A stretch of DNA of 64,000 bases from Lytechinus pictus (lineage: Eukaryota), in contig NC_087263.1 in the NCBI RefSeq assembly GCF_037042905.1, positions 8,992,001 through 9,056,000 of the forward strand. Reading direction: 5' to 3'. A program made the position numbers and the translations under genes. Below, piece after piece: positions 51,123 to 63,151 of the stretch. Every line of letters starts with the position of its first letter. The stretch's first letter is position 1. Below the pieces are notes generated by a model. It ran no database searches, was not told the origin of the DNA, and saw only the letters and a program-made list of their open reading frames with translations.

Positions 51123-51550
51123 CAGCGCGCGACAATGGCAAAGGTCCGATGGTCCCAGACCAGAAAAAATTGCTGTCAGGCCAGTGACTTTTCACAAATA
51201 GCCAGATTTACTGGTCCGACATGACCAGTAAAAAATATATCAAACTTTCTCCTCTTTTGTAAATTATGAAAATGGCTCTGGCATCTTTAAGAAATTGGCT
51301 CTCCAAAATTGAGACATGGCTCTCAAGGATAATGTTGTGTGTGTTTGTTTTTTATTTTTTTTTGGGGGGGAATAAAAGCAATAAAAGCCAGCAAAATAAA
51401 CTCAAAGCCTTTTTTGTGTTTTTCTTTATTTTGGAGGACCAGTTAATTTTAGGTTCGGACCAGTAAAAAATGGAAAAACTGGGTATCTATCTACTGGTCA
51501 GACATGAAAAGGTTTGACAAGTAGAAAAAAAGGGTTATAGTGGAGCCGTG
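51123..51550. mobile_element. Degenerate TIR element nested in MITE 51054-51778
   Basis: Absent from the 43938-44338 copy; flanked by GCAAATC direct repeats. Confidence 0.65.
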
Positions 51551-52422
51551 GCAAATCAGTGCAATTGCAATGCAGGCCAGCGCACACATTGCAACAGCTC
51601 TACAGCGCACTGCATCTCATGGCGCCTTTGACACGTCAGATGTCTGAGATTTGGTTTGCATTCCTACTGCAACAAAGCGGGTCACAGCTGCAGCACGTTG
51701 TAGGCTGGCGCACACTCGGTGATTCTGTTGCTATCGGATCTTGGTGCAGTAGCGTCGCATAGTGTGTGCTGGGCTTAAAAGGCAAATGAATGAATGTATT
51801 TGTGATATGAATGGCATATAAATATTCACTTTGCATTCATGATGTGACAGCATATTGCCTACGATTTTCCGGGCATAATGATTAATTAAAAATCAAATAT
51901 TTAAATACCGATTATATCATTCTACAAATTTTTCACCCACACAAGAATCTTGGCAAAAGATCCAGAGTTTTTACAAAAATACTGGCTTTGGTTCTTAGAA
52001 ATTCTTTTAGTTATCATTTCCCCGTATTTCTTCTAAAAATGAAAGCTATGAAATGAATGACCTTGATTTTTTCATCATAGTATGTACTACACGTATGCAA
52101 TAACACGTATGCATGTGTATGATATGGAGTGCATAGTATCAGTCTAGGCGAGGTGGTGTTACGTGTGTGTAATGAAACTTGATGTTTTTTCACTGTTTTG
52201 TTTTAGTAGGATGACACTGCTAAGCATGCTGGACCCCTCATTATAAATTCAGAAATTCAAGCTTGAGTATTTATTCTCTCTTTATGGCACATCAAGTCAA
52301 TTGAATAATCTCCAGACAGTTTTCAAGATTTTGCTGATATATTCAATGATCATATAATGATCACAAGAATATAGCGTCACCCCACACGGAGAATGAATAA
52401 TCTTTTCAAAATGTCAATCTGT

Positions 52423-52692
52423 TGCTAGGAGTCATGCACTGGGCTGGCACCAGTTGGCGCCAGTTGGTTCCAGTTTGCGCCAATGCAAAGCGGCTGTGGC
52501 GTGCAGTGGCTCAAATTGCTTCCCAACTGGCACGTGGTGGCGCGTAACAGCGACCAAAATTTCAAAATGTTTGGGAGGCAGTTTGAGCAACTGCACGCCG
52601 CTAGGCACCTTACTGACGACACTAGGCACCATAACTGCTTTGCATTGGCGCGAACTGGAACCATCTGGCGCCAGCCCTGTGGACTCCTAGCA
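52423..52692. mobile_element. Palindromic MITE
   Basis: TGCTAGGAGTC...GGGCTGGC / GCCAGCCC...GACTCCTAGCA with inverted internal GTTCCAGTT.GCGCCAATGCAAAGC. Confidence 0.75.
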
Positions 52693-52832
52693 TAACCTTA
52701 TTAGAAGAGTGTAACATGTACGACTGCTCAAGCCTGAATTACAGAACTTTGTGAGGAGGCAAGGGGTGGGGATAATGTGGGTTAGATCATTCCTGTTTCG
52801 TGCGTGCGAACGGTTTAGTTGCGACCTCTCAC

Positions 52833-52880
52833 CTCTTTGAAAGTGACGTTCTTGGGTTTAGCAGGAGGAATAGGTTTAGT
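52833..52880 (-). CDS. USP6NL: USP6NL-like gene, 48-nt exon (TKPIPPAKPKNVTFKE)
   Basis: CTAAC branch-like site, TTGTTTTGGTAG| acceptor, GAG|GTGAGA donor, phase 0-0. Confidence 0.6.
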
Positions 52881-53321
52881 CTACCAAAACAAGAAGGTTA
52901 GATATTTAGCACATCAAAAACACAACACACAAGTACTGAAATCAGACATATACATGTAATGATAGTAGACGGTTTCAACACAGATTAATAACCACTTCAT
53001 GCAATCACATAGAGCAATCATGGCCTGTTTCATAAAACTTATTATAATAACAAATTAGCAATGACAGTTAAAAGCTACTGAAATCATTCAATCTGATTGG
53101 CTGATAATAAATTTGTTGTCATAACCAATCTTTATGAAACAGGACCCTGAACAGCATATTGTATTCCATGAAGGAATTTCGACATAGATTTTCAGTGCAA
53201 ACTGCTACTACATGTAGTTGCTGAAATCCTTGCAACTGATTAGTTGGGAGCAACTTTGTTTGTGAAATCATTGATAAATTGTGAAGTGCTTTGAGCAGTC
53301 ATAGATTGATAAAGCGCTGTA

Positions 53322-54141
53322 CAGTGCGTCCCAGAAAAAAAGAAACCGAGATTTAGCAATGATTTATCATAATTTAATCACAAATACAATAGACAAATGA
53401 CCTACCAATGTAAAGCTTAGAATCTCCTCTTTTATCTGATATTACTTAGATTATTCCTCATTCACGCATGATTGAGCAAAAACAATTTGAAGAAAGGATA
53501 CCAAAAACTCATTTGGCGGGGGGTATCTGAATTTTAAAAAGAAAATCACATGCCTAAAAAGTTCAATATCTGCTCTTTAATTTGATACCTTAATCACAAA
53601 AAATGGTCAAGAAGTAAAAAAGTTACGTTCCCTCGAAACAATGCTAGTATTTCCATAATTTCATTAAATAAACGTGTTTTCACCGGTTTCCCACAGAAGC
53701 TATCGCATGGTTAACAAAAGACTTCATGCATGGCTGATCGTCAACAAAACGGAGTGTCAAGTGAGTTTGAACGCTAGCCTGTAAAACCTCTTCATTTTAT
53801 GAAATTATTGAAATTCAAGCCTTATTTCAAATAACCAGAACTTTCCTAGTTCTTGACCATTTTCTGTAATTGAGGTATCAAATCAAAGAGCAGATATTGA
53901 ACTTTTTAGAAATGTGGTTTTTTTTTTAAACCCAGATACAGCCCGCCAAATGACTTTTTGGTATCCCCTCTTCAAATTGTTTTTGCTCACTCATGCGTGA
54001 ATGAGAAATAATCTAAGTAATTTCAGATGAAAGAGGAGATTCTAAGCTTTAAAATGGTAGGTCATTTGTCTATTCTATTTGTGATTAAGTTATGATAAAT
54101 CATCGCTAAATCTCGGTTTCGTTTTTTTCTGGGACGCACTG
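53322..54141. mobile_element. 820-bp MITE, second copy, inserted in a SINE tail
   Basis: Near-identical to 30613-31432, TA on both sides; flanks rejoin to a sequence matching the SINE tail at 2880-2945. Confidence 0.95.
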
Positions 54142-55029
54142 TATAAAAGCAAATTATTATTATTATCATGAGGGTAACATAATTTTTTTAAAGGCCTAAA
54201 AAAAGAAGATCAATACATTTGTTCCTCAGTATAAAACCTTAAACTTCAAGACCTCTATCCGGTATTAAAATGAAAAAGTCTTGGGTGTGCCTCTATTCTT
54301 GCACATACTTTTATTTCTGAGTAAAGATTTTGATAAAGAAAACTAACATCATTTCTCATTTTGTATGGTCAAATAATTTAAAAAGTTCTACTATAAAGCT
54401 AGGCTGGTTGTCAGAGCTCAAATGGTGAGAATAACATTTGCTGTTTTTAACGTAACATTTTAGGCAACCCACAATCAAACCAATCATAACTATTTACACA
54501 GCGGTGCTAGAGAGAAAGGGAGGAAGAGAGAGAGAGGGGGGGAAAGGAAACTAAAACAAAAGAATATTTCAAAATTATCAATAAAGAACACAACTGAAAG
54601 AGCAAATTGGATTGAAACCAATGTGTTGAAAGTACAGAGCAAGTACATGTGTATATTAATATTAACAGAATCTTCATAAACCATATTTAACACAATTAGC
54701 ATGAGTAAAAGTATGTTTAAACATTTATAGAAAAGTTTGGAAAGAATATTTATTCAACTGAAATCTTAGTTATTTCTTACATACCATCTCCGCCTCATGA
54801 TACATTTCTATCTCAATTATGAGATCAAGATTTGAAACTTATAATTTTAATGTCATTATGATATATTCCAAGCTTTTCATGCAAATAAAGAAGCAAGATC
54901 AGAGGCTTGCCAAACAGAAAATAAGCAGCGAGTGCAAAGATCAAACTCAGAAACATACACATATACTATACAAGCTTATTTTAGATTAATTTCCATATTA
55001 GAAATTACGACACCTGGCAACATGCTCAC

Positions 55030-55086
55030 CTGATTTCGTTTGTCTTTTTCGGACGTGTGGGGTTGAGGAACGGAGGGAGATTGGGA
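55030..55086 (-). CDS. USP6NL: USP6NL-like gene, 57-nt exon (SQSPSVPQPHTSEKDKRNQ)
   Basis: TGTTTGTCCTCTAG| acceptor, CAG|GTGAGC donor, phase 0-0. Confidence 0.6.
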
Positions 55087-57241
55087 CTAGAGGACAAACA
55101 GACATTAAAAAAAAACAAGACAAAGATACAAGCAGACAAACAGCATTTTCATGCAAAATTTTGTTAGCTTTTTCCTCAACAGCAACATGTAAATTACTTA
55201 AGACTAAAGCATCACTATCTCTAGAGAGAAACAAACTTGCTCAGACTTTCTTTGCAAAGGGAATTCTTTTTATTAGACTTTTTTTCCTTTTTGGGTCAGT
55301 TTAACACAGACTCATTTTCTCTCTCTCTCTCTTTCTCTATCTCTCTCCCGTGTTCAGACTGTTACCAGAGGGGAGGGGAAAGTCCTAATCCTTTATAGAT
55401 TTCTCATAAGTTTTGTCTGAGCATTCAAGAAAAACAATCTCCCTTATCCTCTCTCAAAGATTCTAGAACAAGTTTTGGAGGAGAGAGCAATCATTTGGCT
55501 ATCAATTGATAGGGTGCAGCAGATTGAATGCGCCCTTATTAGGAATGTGGTGTAGGTGTGTTATACCATTCACGTCTGTTACAACATCACATTACCCCAC
55601 TAAATACAATTTGAAGTGTGAAAAGTCGGATGTACATGTAAGAAATATGATAAGGTTGAGACGATACAAGAGAGATTATCCCCTCCCCTCGAACAACACT
55701 GCAAAAACACCAGTATCTATATCGGTCCACACCAGAGAAGCGTTGAAACAACACCAGTTAAGAATCAAACCGATATTGGTTTAACACTAATTGGTAATGC
55801 TTATTAAATGCCAAATTGGTGTTTATAGCCTTATGCCAAATCAGTGTTGTTTTAACACCTCTCTGATGTGGACTGAATAGATACCAGGCTGGTGTTAAAT
55901 TAACACCAGTGTTTTTGCAGTGAATAGTCTACAGGGTCCCTTCCTCTCTCTTCCTCTCTCTCTTTTCGTCTCTCTCTTTGATTATGTCATTAGGCACAAT
56001 CAATTTTGCACTGTACTAATTGCACCTTCTTGTTCATGCACTGCACTATTAATTGTTCCTAGGAATGTGCGCTCTATCATTAGAAATCTTTATCAGCAGT
56101 AACTTTTTATATAGAAGCTTCCTGAGGAAAAAATTATGGACACCTAATCAATCATAAGTCTTACAAATCAACTGCACCTTTGCACTCAATTTGCAGGCCT
56201 GCTTTTTTAAACTAGAAATTCAAATTGATTTGCTATAGTTGAATTTGATCTTCAATCAAAAATTTGCAGAAGAAATTTGCAGTGGATTGCAACTTTTTTC
56301 GGCAACGCTCCATTAGATATTAAAACAAATCTATCAATTACTAGTATTTCTTTTTAAAAATGCAAGCAGCCAAAACAATACAACAAAAACAGACATGCGA
56401 AAACCAAGATTATGTGTCATAATTAGAGTTATTATATTAAAATTGTTGTCCAAAATCATACCAATGCAACTCTCTATATTCCAAGGATTTAAATCAATCC
56501 AAATCAGCTGTGATAATAGTGATCAACTGAATATCAGATTTAAAACATGTTGATTTAAATATAACTCTAAGAGATTTCGATTCAAATCTTTTGAGATTTA
56601 AAGATTGAATCTAAATCTAAAATTCAACTGGTCACTATTCACAGTCAATCTTCATTTATTTGAAATCATTGAAATCTAGAAAGTCTTCACTCATCAGGAT
56701 CTTTAATAAAGCTTTTGCAAAAAAAATGACATAAAAACATTTCATTCTTTCAAAATAAAGCAAGCTGAGAAAAAAATAGTTATTTCACATAAGCTCATGA
56801 CTACTGACAAGTATGTTGACATATCCACAAAACATACTCCAGCCCGGTAGACCATCAAGATATGCCCAAAAGACAAAATCTCCAATAATTGCTCTGCCGG
56901 GAATGTTTCTTGACTTGACCATACTCTGAGCAAATGGTACCGATCATATTGCTATCACAACAAATAATGTATCAGAAATAATTTAGCCTATGGTTATTTC
57001 TTTATTCAGTGAATTCATATTTATTTGCATTCATGTTTCAGGTTTCTCTTAACATGCAGCAACAGAGATACACAGAAGCAGAAATTTTTAGCAATGTGGG
57101 GCTCATGAAAGAAACAAGAATTAAACCACTAGAGCTCTCAAGAATATTTCCCTTTTTTCTTCTTGTCACTGTGGCATGTAATTCTAATGAACAAATTATT
57201 GGAGAACAATCTGCTATAATTCACTTCAATGGTGGTGTAAA

Positions 57242-57427
57242 CAGGGGTGTGAGTGGTCAAAAATAAAAAGATCTGAAAAAAGCTGAAGAGTGTTGAAAAA
57301 GTCTGAAATAGAAAGAGCTCCCATACTTTTTGTACAGAGGAAGGCCAAAAAATAAGCTGAAATTAAGCTGAAAATCAAAACAAAAAAAATCTGAAATAAG
57401 ATAAAAATCTGAACTCTCACACCCCTG
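57242..57427. mobile_element. Small TIR element with (A)nTCTGAAA subrepeats
   Basis: CAGGGGTGTGAG / CTCACACCCCTG; TGTAAA on both sides. Confidence 0.65.
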
Positions 57428-58032
57428 TGTAAAATACCAATGACTGTTCAACTTTGTGTGATTGTGCAAAATTTTTCATTCTGTCAAAGAAAGGCATTCT
57501 ATTAAACTCAAACTTGCCTCATTTAAAAGATTGATTATTGTTTTACCTCAATCAAAGTCTCATGCCATTGCACTGATACATATTGGATATTTGTACAATC
57601 CCATGTTACACTGATCCAACAAATCTAAATCTAACAAAAGCATTTCCCTGAAAAGGTTACTCTTTTTCACTGAATAAATGTCAAGGATTAGAGGAGCTCA
57701 TGCTTCAAGTCTGTCACAGTGTAAATTGCCATGGAACAATTTCCACATTTTAAGTACGGTAGGCAGCCATCAGAGGAGATATGTCAGGCAAACCCTCAAA
57801 ACATCAATTATATAACAGACAATGGACAATATTTAGCCAAAAAAACAAGCACCAATCTACATGATTGCCTATTTTATTTTGTTGTAACTTTGCATTTAAT
57901 ATGGGGATGGGTATTCAATAATCATGTATATGTATAAGATGTAGCAAGGCAACAACGAAAAAAAAAAATTGTTCGCAAGTACTGATTTTTCTTAAACCTA
58001 TTTTATGTTACTAAATAGGTTCATTATTACGT

Positions 58033-58307
58033 CATGAAATAATCGCTAGAGGGTATTCATTTGTCTCGCAATCTACTAAATTGACTACCGTATTGACTAC
58101 CGTATCAGATAATTTTCGTCACTTGATAAAGAGTTGCAGCGGCACTCGAAAGCTCGTGAACTTGTAAGCTAGTGAACACTTTTTGCGAGAGTGATCACGA
58201 ATTTCCTAGAAAGCTAGTGAACACTTTTTGCGAGAGTGATCACGAATTTCCTTGTTGACCATAGTAGATTGCGAGACAAATGAATACCCTCTAGCGACTA
58301 TTTTATG
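58033..58307. mobile_element. Fold-back element enclosing a variant hammerhead motif (putative Penelope-derived)
   Basis: 46-bp inverted arms 58033-58078 / 58262-58307, an internal direct repeat of about 41 bp, and a hammerhead-like core at 58119-58159. Confidence 0.65.
58119..58159 (+). ncRNA. Variant minimal hammerhead-like motif
   Basis: TCAC-TTGATAA-A-GAGT(TGCAGCGGC)ACTC-GAAA-GCT-C-GTGA: stem I, altered core, stem II, palindromic AGCT stem III. Confidence 0.5.
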
Positions 58308-58383
58308 TTTCTATCATAAGTACATGGAAGAAGAATCTAATCTACATGTATTTTTAAGTAGTGAAAACTACATGCATATGCGC

Positions 58384-58870
58384 ATACATTCGTAATTCCG
58401 AAGCTTCGTTATTCCGAAGGTTCGGATATTCCGAAGGTTCGTTATTCCAAAGGTTCGTATTTCCGAAGGTTCGTAATTCCGACGGTTCGTAAGTCCGAAA
58501 ACGAAATGAGGTTCGTAATTCCGAAGGTTCGTGAGTCCGAAAACGAAATGAGGTTCGTAATTCCGAAGGTTCGTTAGTCCGAAAACGAAATGATTAACGA
58601 ACCTTATTTCGTTTTCGGACTAACGAACCTTCGGAACAACGAACCTTTTTTCGTTTACGGATTAACAAACATTCGGAACAACGAACCTTATTTCTTTTCG
58701 AATTATCGAACCTTTGGAATAACGCCACAAAGGTTCAGATTAACAAACCCTTTTACGTTTTCGGATTAACGAACATCGAGGTATAGGCAATTTACGTGTT
58801 TCGGAATTACGAACCTTCGGAATAAAGAACCTTCGGAATTAAGAACCTTCAGAATTACGAAGTGTAACCA
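58384..58870. repeat. Fold-back array of TTCCGAAGGTTCG(T) units (MITE-like)
   Basis: Forward units to about 58590, reverse-complement CGAACCTTCGGAA units afterwards. Confidence 0.85.
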
Positions 58871-59602
58871 TGCATATGTACCTACATCATTTATCAGGTC
58901 ATATTTCAGGATAGCTTTGCTCAAAGTTGGGGGTATGAAATACATGTACATGCAGCAATGAAAGGGTATGCTACGATGCAACTATTCAAAAGCAAGAAAC
59001 TGGTATTGCCTCAATTCCAGCATTCTCTTGTTTCGAATTCCTCATTTTATCCCCCGAACAATTACAAAATCACAATACTCTTGGTGCACAGGCAAAGACC
59101 CCTTACTGATAATTTACTGGAAACCTAGATTGCATCTTCTAACAGAGAAACCCATTTGTCTAATTGATGGTACAGTACAAGATCCCAACTGACTTTTTGG
59201 TGTCATATTCCTGACCTCTACATGTTTGGACAATGACCCCTTAATTCAATCTCCCCTCCCCAATCCTCTTTACCTCCACCTTTGCGAATGGAAATTTAAA
59301 AAAAAAATTGTGTGTAAGGAGCAACGTGTATTCTCTCTACTTCAGTTCTCGAGGACTCTTCCAATTCTCAATTATTTTCTTGTGATCATGCATTCTGAGA
59401 CATGTGCCTTTGTGGATATTGCCTATTTTGGAGTATTTGGGGTAATTTTCAAAGTCTTTGGTTGGACTTTAATTTCTTACGTATTTTGACGGTCACTGAA
59501 AAATTACCAGCAGGCACCGATTAAATTTTTTTTTTAATCACAACTTAGGCCTGTTAGAATCCATGAGTCCCACCACCTACATACCACACACATTTAAAAA
59601 TA

Positions 59603-60126
59603 CAGTGCGTCCCAGAAAAAAGGAAACCCAAATTCCCACATTTTTTCTTGAAAGGCAAAAGTCATGATATTTCATTTACATCATCATACAATTCGATCAT
59701 TTCTCTACATTTTGATATGTGACCAAACCTTCATGCATTAATGAGCAAGACGAGTTTGAAATTTTAATGTCAAAATCAGGTTGCGCAGAAAAATTTGAAT
59801 AGATCGGTTCGTGATACGACAACTGTGCTTATTCGATGATTGGCTCATTAGCATTTCATTTGTATGCTTTGTTAAGTTTCTCTCACTGATCCCTGAGATA
59901 AGAGTGGATTCAGATTCACATGTGAGTTTCAGCGCAAATTGTTTTTATAGGACTCAATATTTATTGTTTGTAATCTGTTCTGCATGAATGATTTGCTTAA
60001 CTGTTGGTCTCAAATTATAGATGAGATATCACTCTTACCATAAGTAACAAATTCATAGTAAAAACATGTTTAATAATTGTGAAATTTATCTTTGAAGATG
60101 GGTTTCCTTTTTTGTGAGACGCACTG
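59603..60126. mobile_element. Tc1/mariner-type MITE, 524 bp
   Basis: TA|CAGTGCGTCCCAGAAAAAAGGAAACCCA ... TGGGTTTCCTTTTTTGTGAGACGCACTG|TA. Confidence 0.85.
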
Positions 60127-61591
60127 TATAACAAAAATAAAATAGAACCTATGGTTTAAAGATAAAACACATTAATCAATTCATTAAAAATTATTCCATT
60201 CTTTTGATAACCACAGGCCTGTTTAACATTAAGCTTAGTAATCATCGTAAAACACTTTTAACAACTGATTGCATCAGGTGCAATCCATCGTGAAAATCAA
60301 TAACCTTTATGTTAAAGAAACCCAGAAAAACTTCTTTCCTGAATAATATACAAAGAAATTATTTGGCAATATATATATATATACATGTATGTATGTATCA
60401 AATATAATCCTATACACGAACATAATCCTCTGAAGTATATATACAAAATATACATGTACAAAACCTTACTCAATAATGAGCTCCCTTAATAGTTTAGTAA
60501 ATACAAGTAAGTCACAATCAAATAAATGTAAATAATCCACAAATGTACATGATCAGCTTATAAAATAACATGACCTAGTATATGTGATAAAAACAGCATC
60601 TCCGTATAGATGGGAAAATATGCGAATAATCAAATAATTACTGTCTAGTCATATTTATAGTGTACAAGACATGATTAAACAAGTGAATTATATATATATA
60701 TATATATATATATATTTCAAGTGCAACATCCAAAAGTGATTTCAGGTAAATTTACACAATATATATCATTATAACTGATTGTGCTTTGCGGGTAAAATGT
60801 AAATAAATCCATGAATACCTATATAACCTGAAACAAAATGATGTCATACAATGGAAATTAGAGCTCTAAAATGGATAGGGTATACCTAAATATCTGTCTA
60901 TACATGTGTACATGTATATTTTGTTAATTGTTGTATTTCTGGGAGGAAGTATTTGCTGTTTAAAGAAATACAATTAAGTGAAATGCAGTTCTTAATTGCT
61001 TCAATTTGCCACATGCATTCATAAGTCTTGATACATGTAATGGTACATAGCAATTTTCCGCATGAAAAATAAAATATGCAATACCGGTATATAAACTAAG
61101 AGTAATAACATGTACATGTATGACCTATTTCAAGTTTTCCTGAATTGTATCAATATGTGTATACTAGAAAACGATACAACAAACAAACTTGTTTTTAATG
61201 TTACACTGTACTGTTCTAATTCAGGATTTTAGCCTATTTGCCATGCTCTTCTCTCCATCATTACAACAACTCCTTTTGGTGGAGAGAATAATGGAAGTTT
61301 TTGCGGTAAACACCATGGCCCGTATTCTGAAGTTGGGTTTAACTCAGACCATGGTCTATAAACTCTGTGTTAATATTATGGGAGCCTAAATCTAAAATAT
61401 TCTGCTTATATTGTATATTTTTCATATTTACTATTTTGTTTGATTTTGCTTTCATATTGAAGAAAATATGTCAGTTCTCATTCTGAGACAATTATAAATT
61501 ATTTGAGTGCCATAAGAGTTAATAAAATGAACATATCATAATAGAGATTTGTGCCACAATTGACTCTCCATAGAGTCCATAGCCTACATGT

Positions 61592-61792
61592 ATGTATGTA
61601 GTCCTGAAAAGGATTGTTTGTTATCTGTTTTGGTTGTTGAGAGCTCTTAAAAGAACTGTTATCCACGTTTCCACCGCATGTTCTCAGAATGACGACCAGA
61701 ACACGCTGGTCGAAACGTCGGTAACAGTTCTTTTAAGAGCTATCAATCAGCCAAGAATGATAACAAACTGTCCTTGTCAGGACTACATACAT
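61592..61792. mobile_element. Fold-back element centred on a partial hammerhead motif
   Basis: Arms ATGTATGTAGTCCTGA... / ...TCAGGACTACATACAT; centre ATGA-C-GACCAG(AACACG)CTGGTC-GAAA-CGTC. Confidence 0.6.
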
Positions 61793-62555
61793 GGAGTTTA
61801 CCGCAAAAACTTCCATTATTACTCCCTTTGGAGCCAGGAATCTCCATGATAGCACCATTCTTTAATGCGATGTTGAAGAACGCCTGAATATCTATATAGC
61901 GCCATCTACAGTTGAAACTGAGCCAATGAAGCAATTTATAGTCCTTTGCAATATGATTACATCTACATTATTGTAAAGTGAATTCTGGGGAGCGTTTCAT
62001 GAAACAAATAATGCTTTTCATAACTCTTTGTTGTACATGTAAGCTAGTGAAATCCTTGCATCTGATTAGCTCAGAGCAAAATTTTAGAGTGAAAATCACA
62101 GACACGATGCTTTATGAAAACCTCCCCTGTTCTACATGTATTAAAGTCATGTGACTTCCAACTAAGCTGCATTAAGAATATAAGTATATGCGAGATAAAA
62201 ATGAAGAATTACATGTATGATTGCAAGATATCAATGACTGATCTTCATTTGGACATTTGACCCAACGGCAGTTGCTCCTTTGGAAAAACTGCTCATTAAA
62301 CCTTGATCACTAATCACTTAATCCTTCCATTATTCTCAAACAAAAGGCTATTGTCAAATCACTTGAGTAACCTCAACCCCTCAGAGAAATTTGAGAAAGG
62401 AGCAATTGTCCACTCAGCAAATGTTTGGGGAGCATTTTCATGAAATTATTTTCACTGAATATTGATACAAGCTACCAAAATCCTTGCATCTGATTGGCTC
62501 AGAGCAAATTTGTCCATGAAAATCACTTACTATTTCATTCATGAAACACTCCCTT

Positions 62556-62684
62556 GGGTCCCGTAACACAAGGTTAGCGATTGATCCTACGCTTGATTTT
62601 CATGATTGATTGTACATTGTAGTCAATGCAATCAATCGTAGAAAAATGTTCTACAATCATTGCTAAGCTTTGTGTTACGGGCCC
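62556..62684. mobile_element. Short palindromic MITE
   Basis: GGGTCCCGTAACACAAGGTTAGCGATTGAT / ATCATTGCTAAGCTTTGTGTTACGGGCCC. Confidence 0.75.
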
Positions 62685-63002
62685 TCTGGTCACTACCGCT
62701 TCACTGTACCTACACTTCTCACTACATCATTGCAGCTACTGTCTATATGATGAAATACATTGTATATTCTATAACAGAGCTTTGTACACAAGCTATCCAT
62801 CAAGTCCACATGCATGCGTATGAGCTTTTCACAACAAAACAAGCTGAATACTCCACAAACCACCAAAACGTCCACCACATTAAGCACAGGAATTCATGCA
62901 ATGTTCATATCTCAATCCTCGCAAGGGAAGGTTGAGGGGGATCTACTAGGATTGGGAAGCTACACTATGACATGCACAGCATGCTGGTTAGCGTTGTGTT
63001 AC

Positions 63003-63151
63003 CTGTTTACTGGTGCCATTGCTGACTGGCATGGGCGTTCGTAGCCCCGTGGCTTGGCCTATCGACGGTTGCCGTGACAGTCCGAAGGGGAGGATGGGGT
63101 TCTCATTTTGCTTAGCGGGCGGGGGCACCAGTAGCTTTGAGCGTTTCAGTT
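63003..63151 (-). CDS. USP6NL: USP6NL / RN-tre-like Rab-GAP, exon just C-terminal of the TBC domain
   Basis: TCTCATTCCAG| acceptor, CAG|GTAACA donor. Translates (E)LKRSKLLVPPPAKQNENPILPFGLSRQ, which resembles the post-TBC segment I recall from human USP6NL (ELKRAKLDLPEPGKEDEYPKKPLG). TBC exons would be outside the window. Confidence 0.75.

Noticed and set aside
58384..58870. CRISPR-like appearance of short regular repeats
   Set aside because: No unique spacers, orientation flips at the centre, eukaryotic context and no cas genes.
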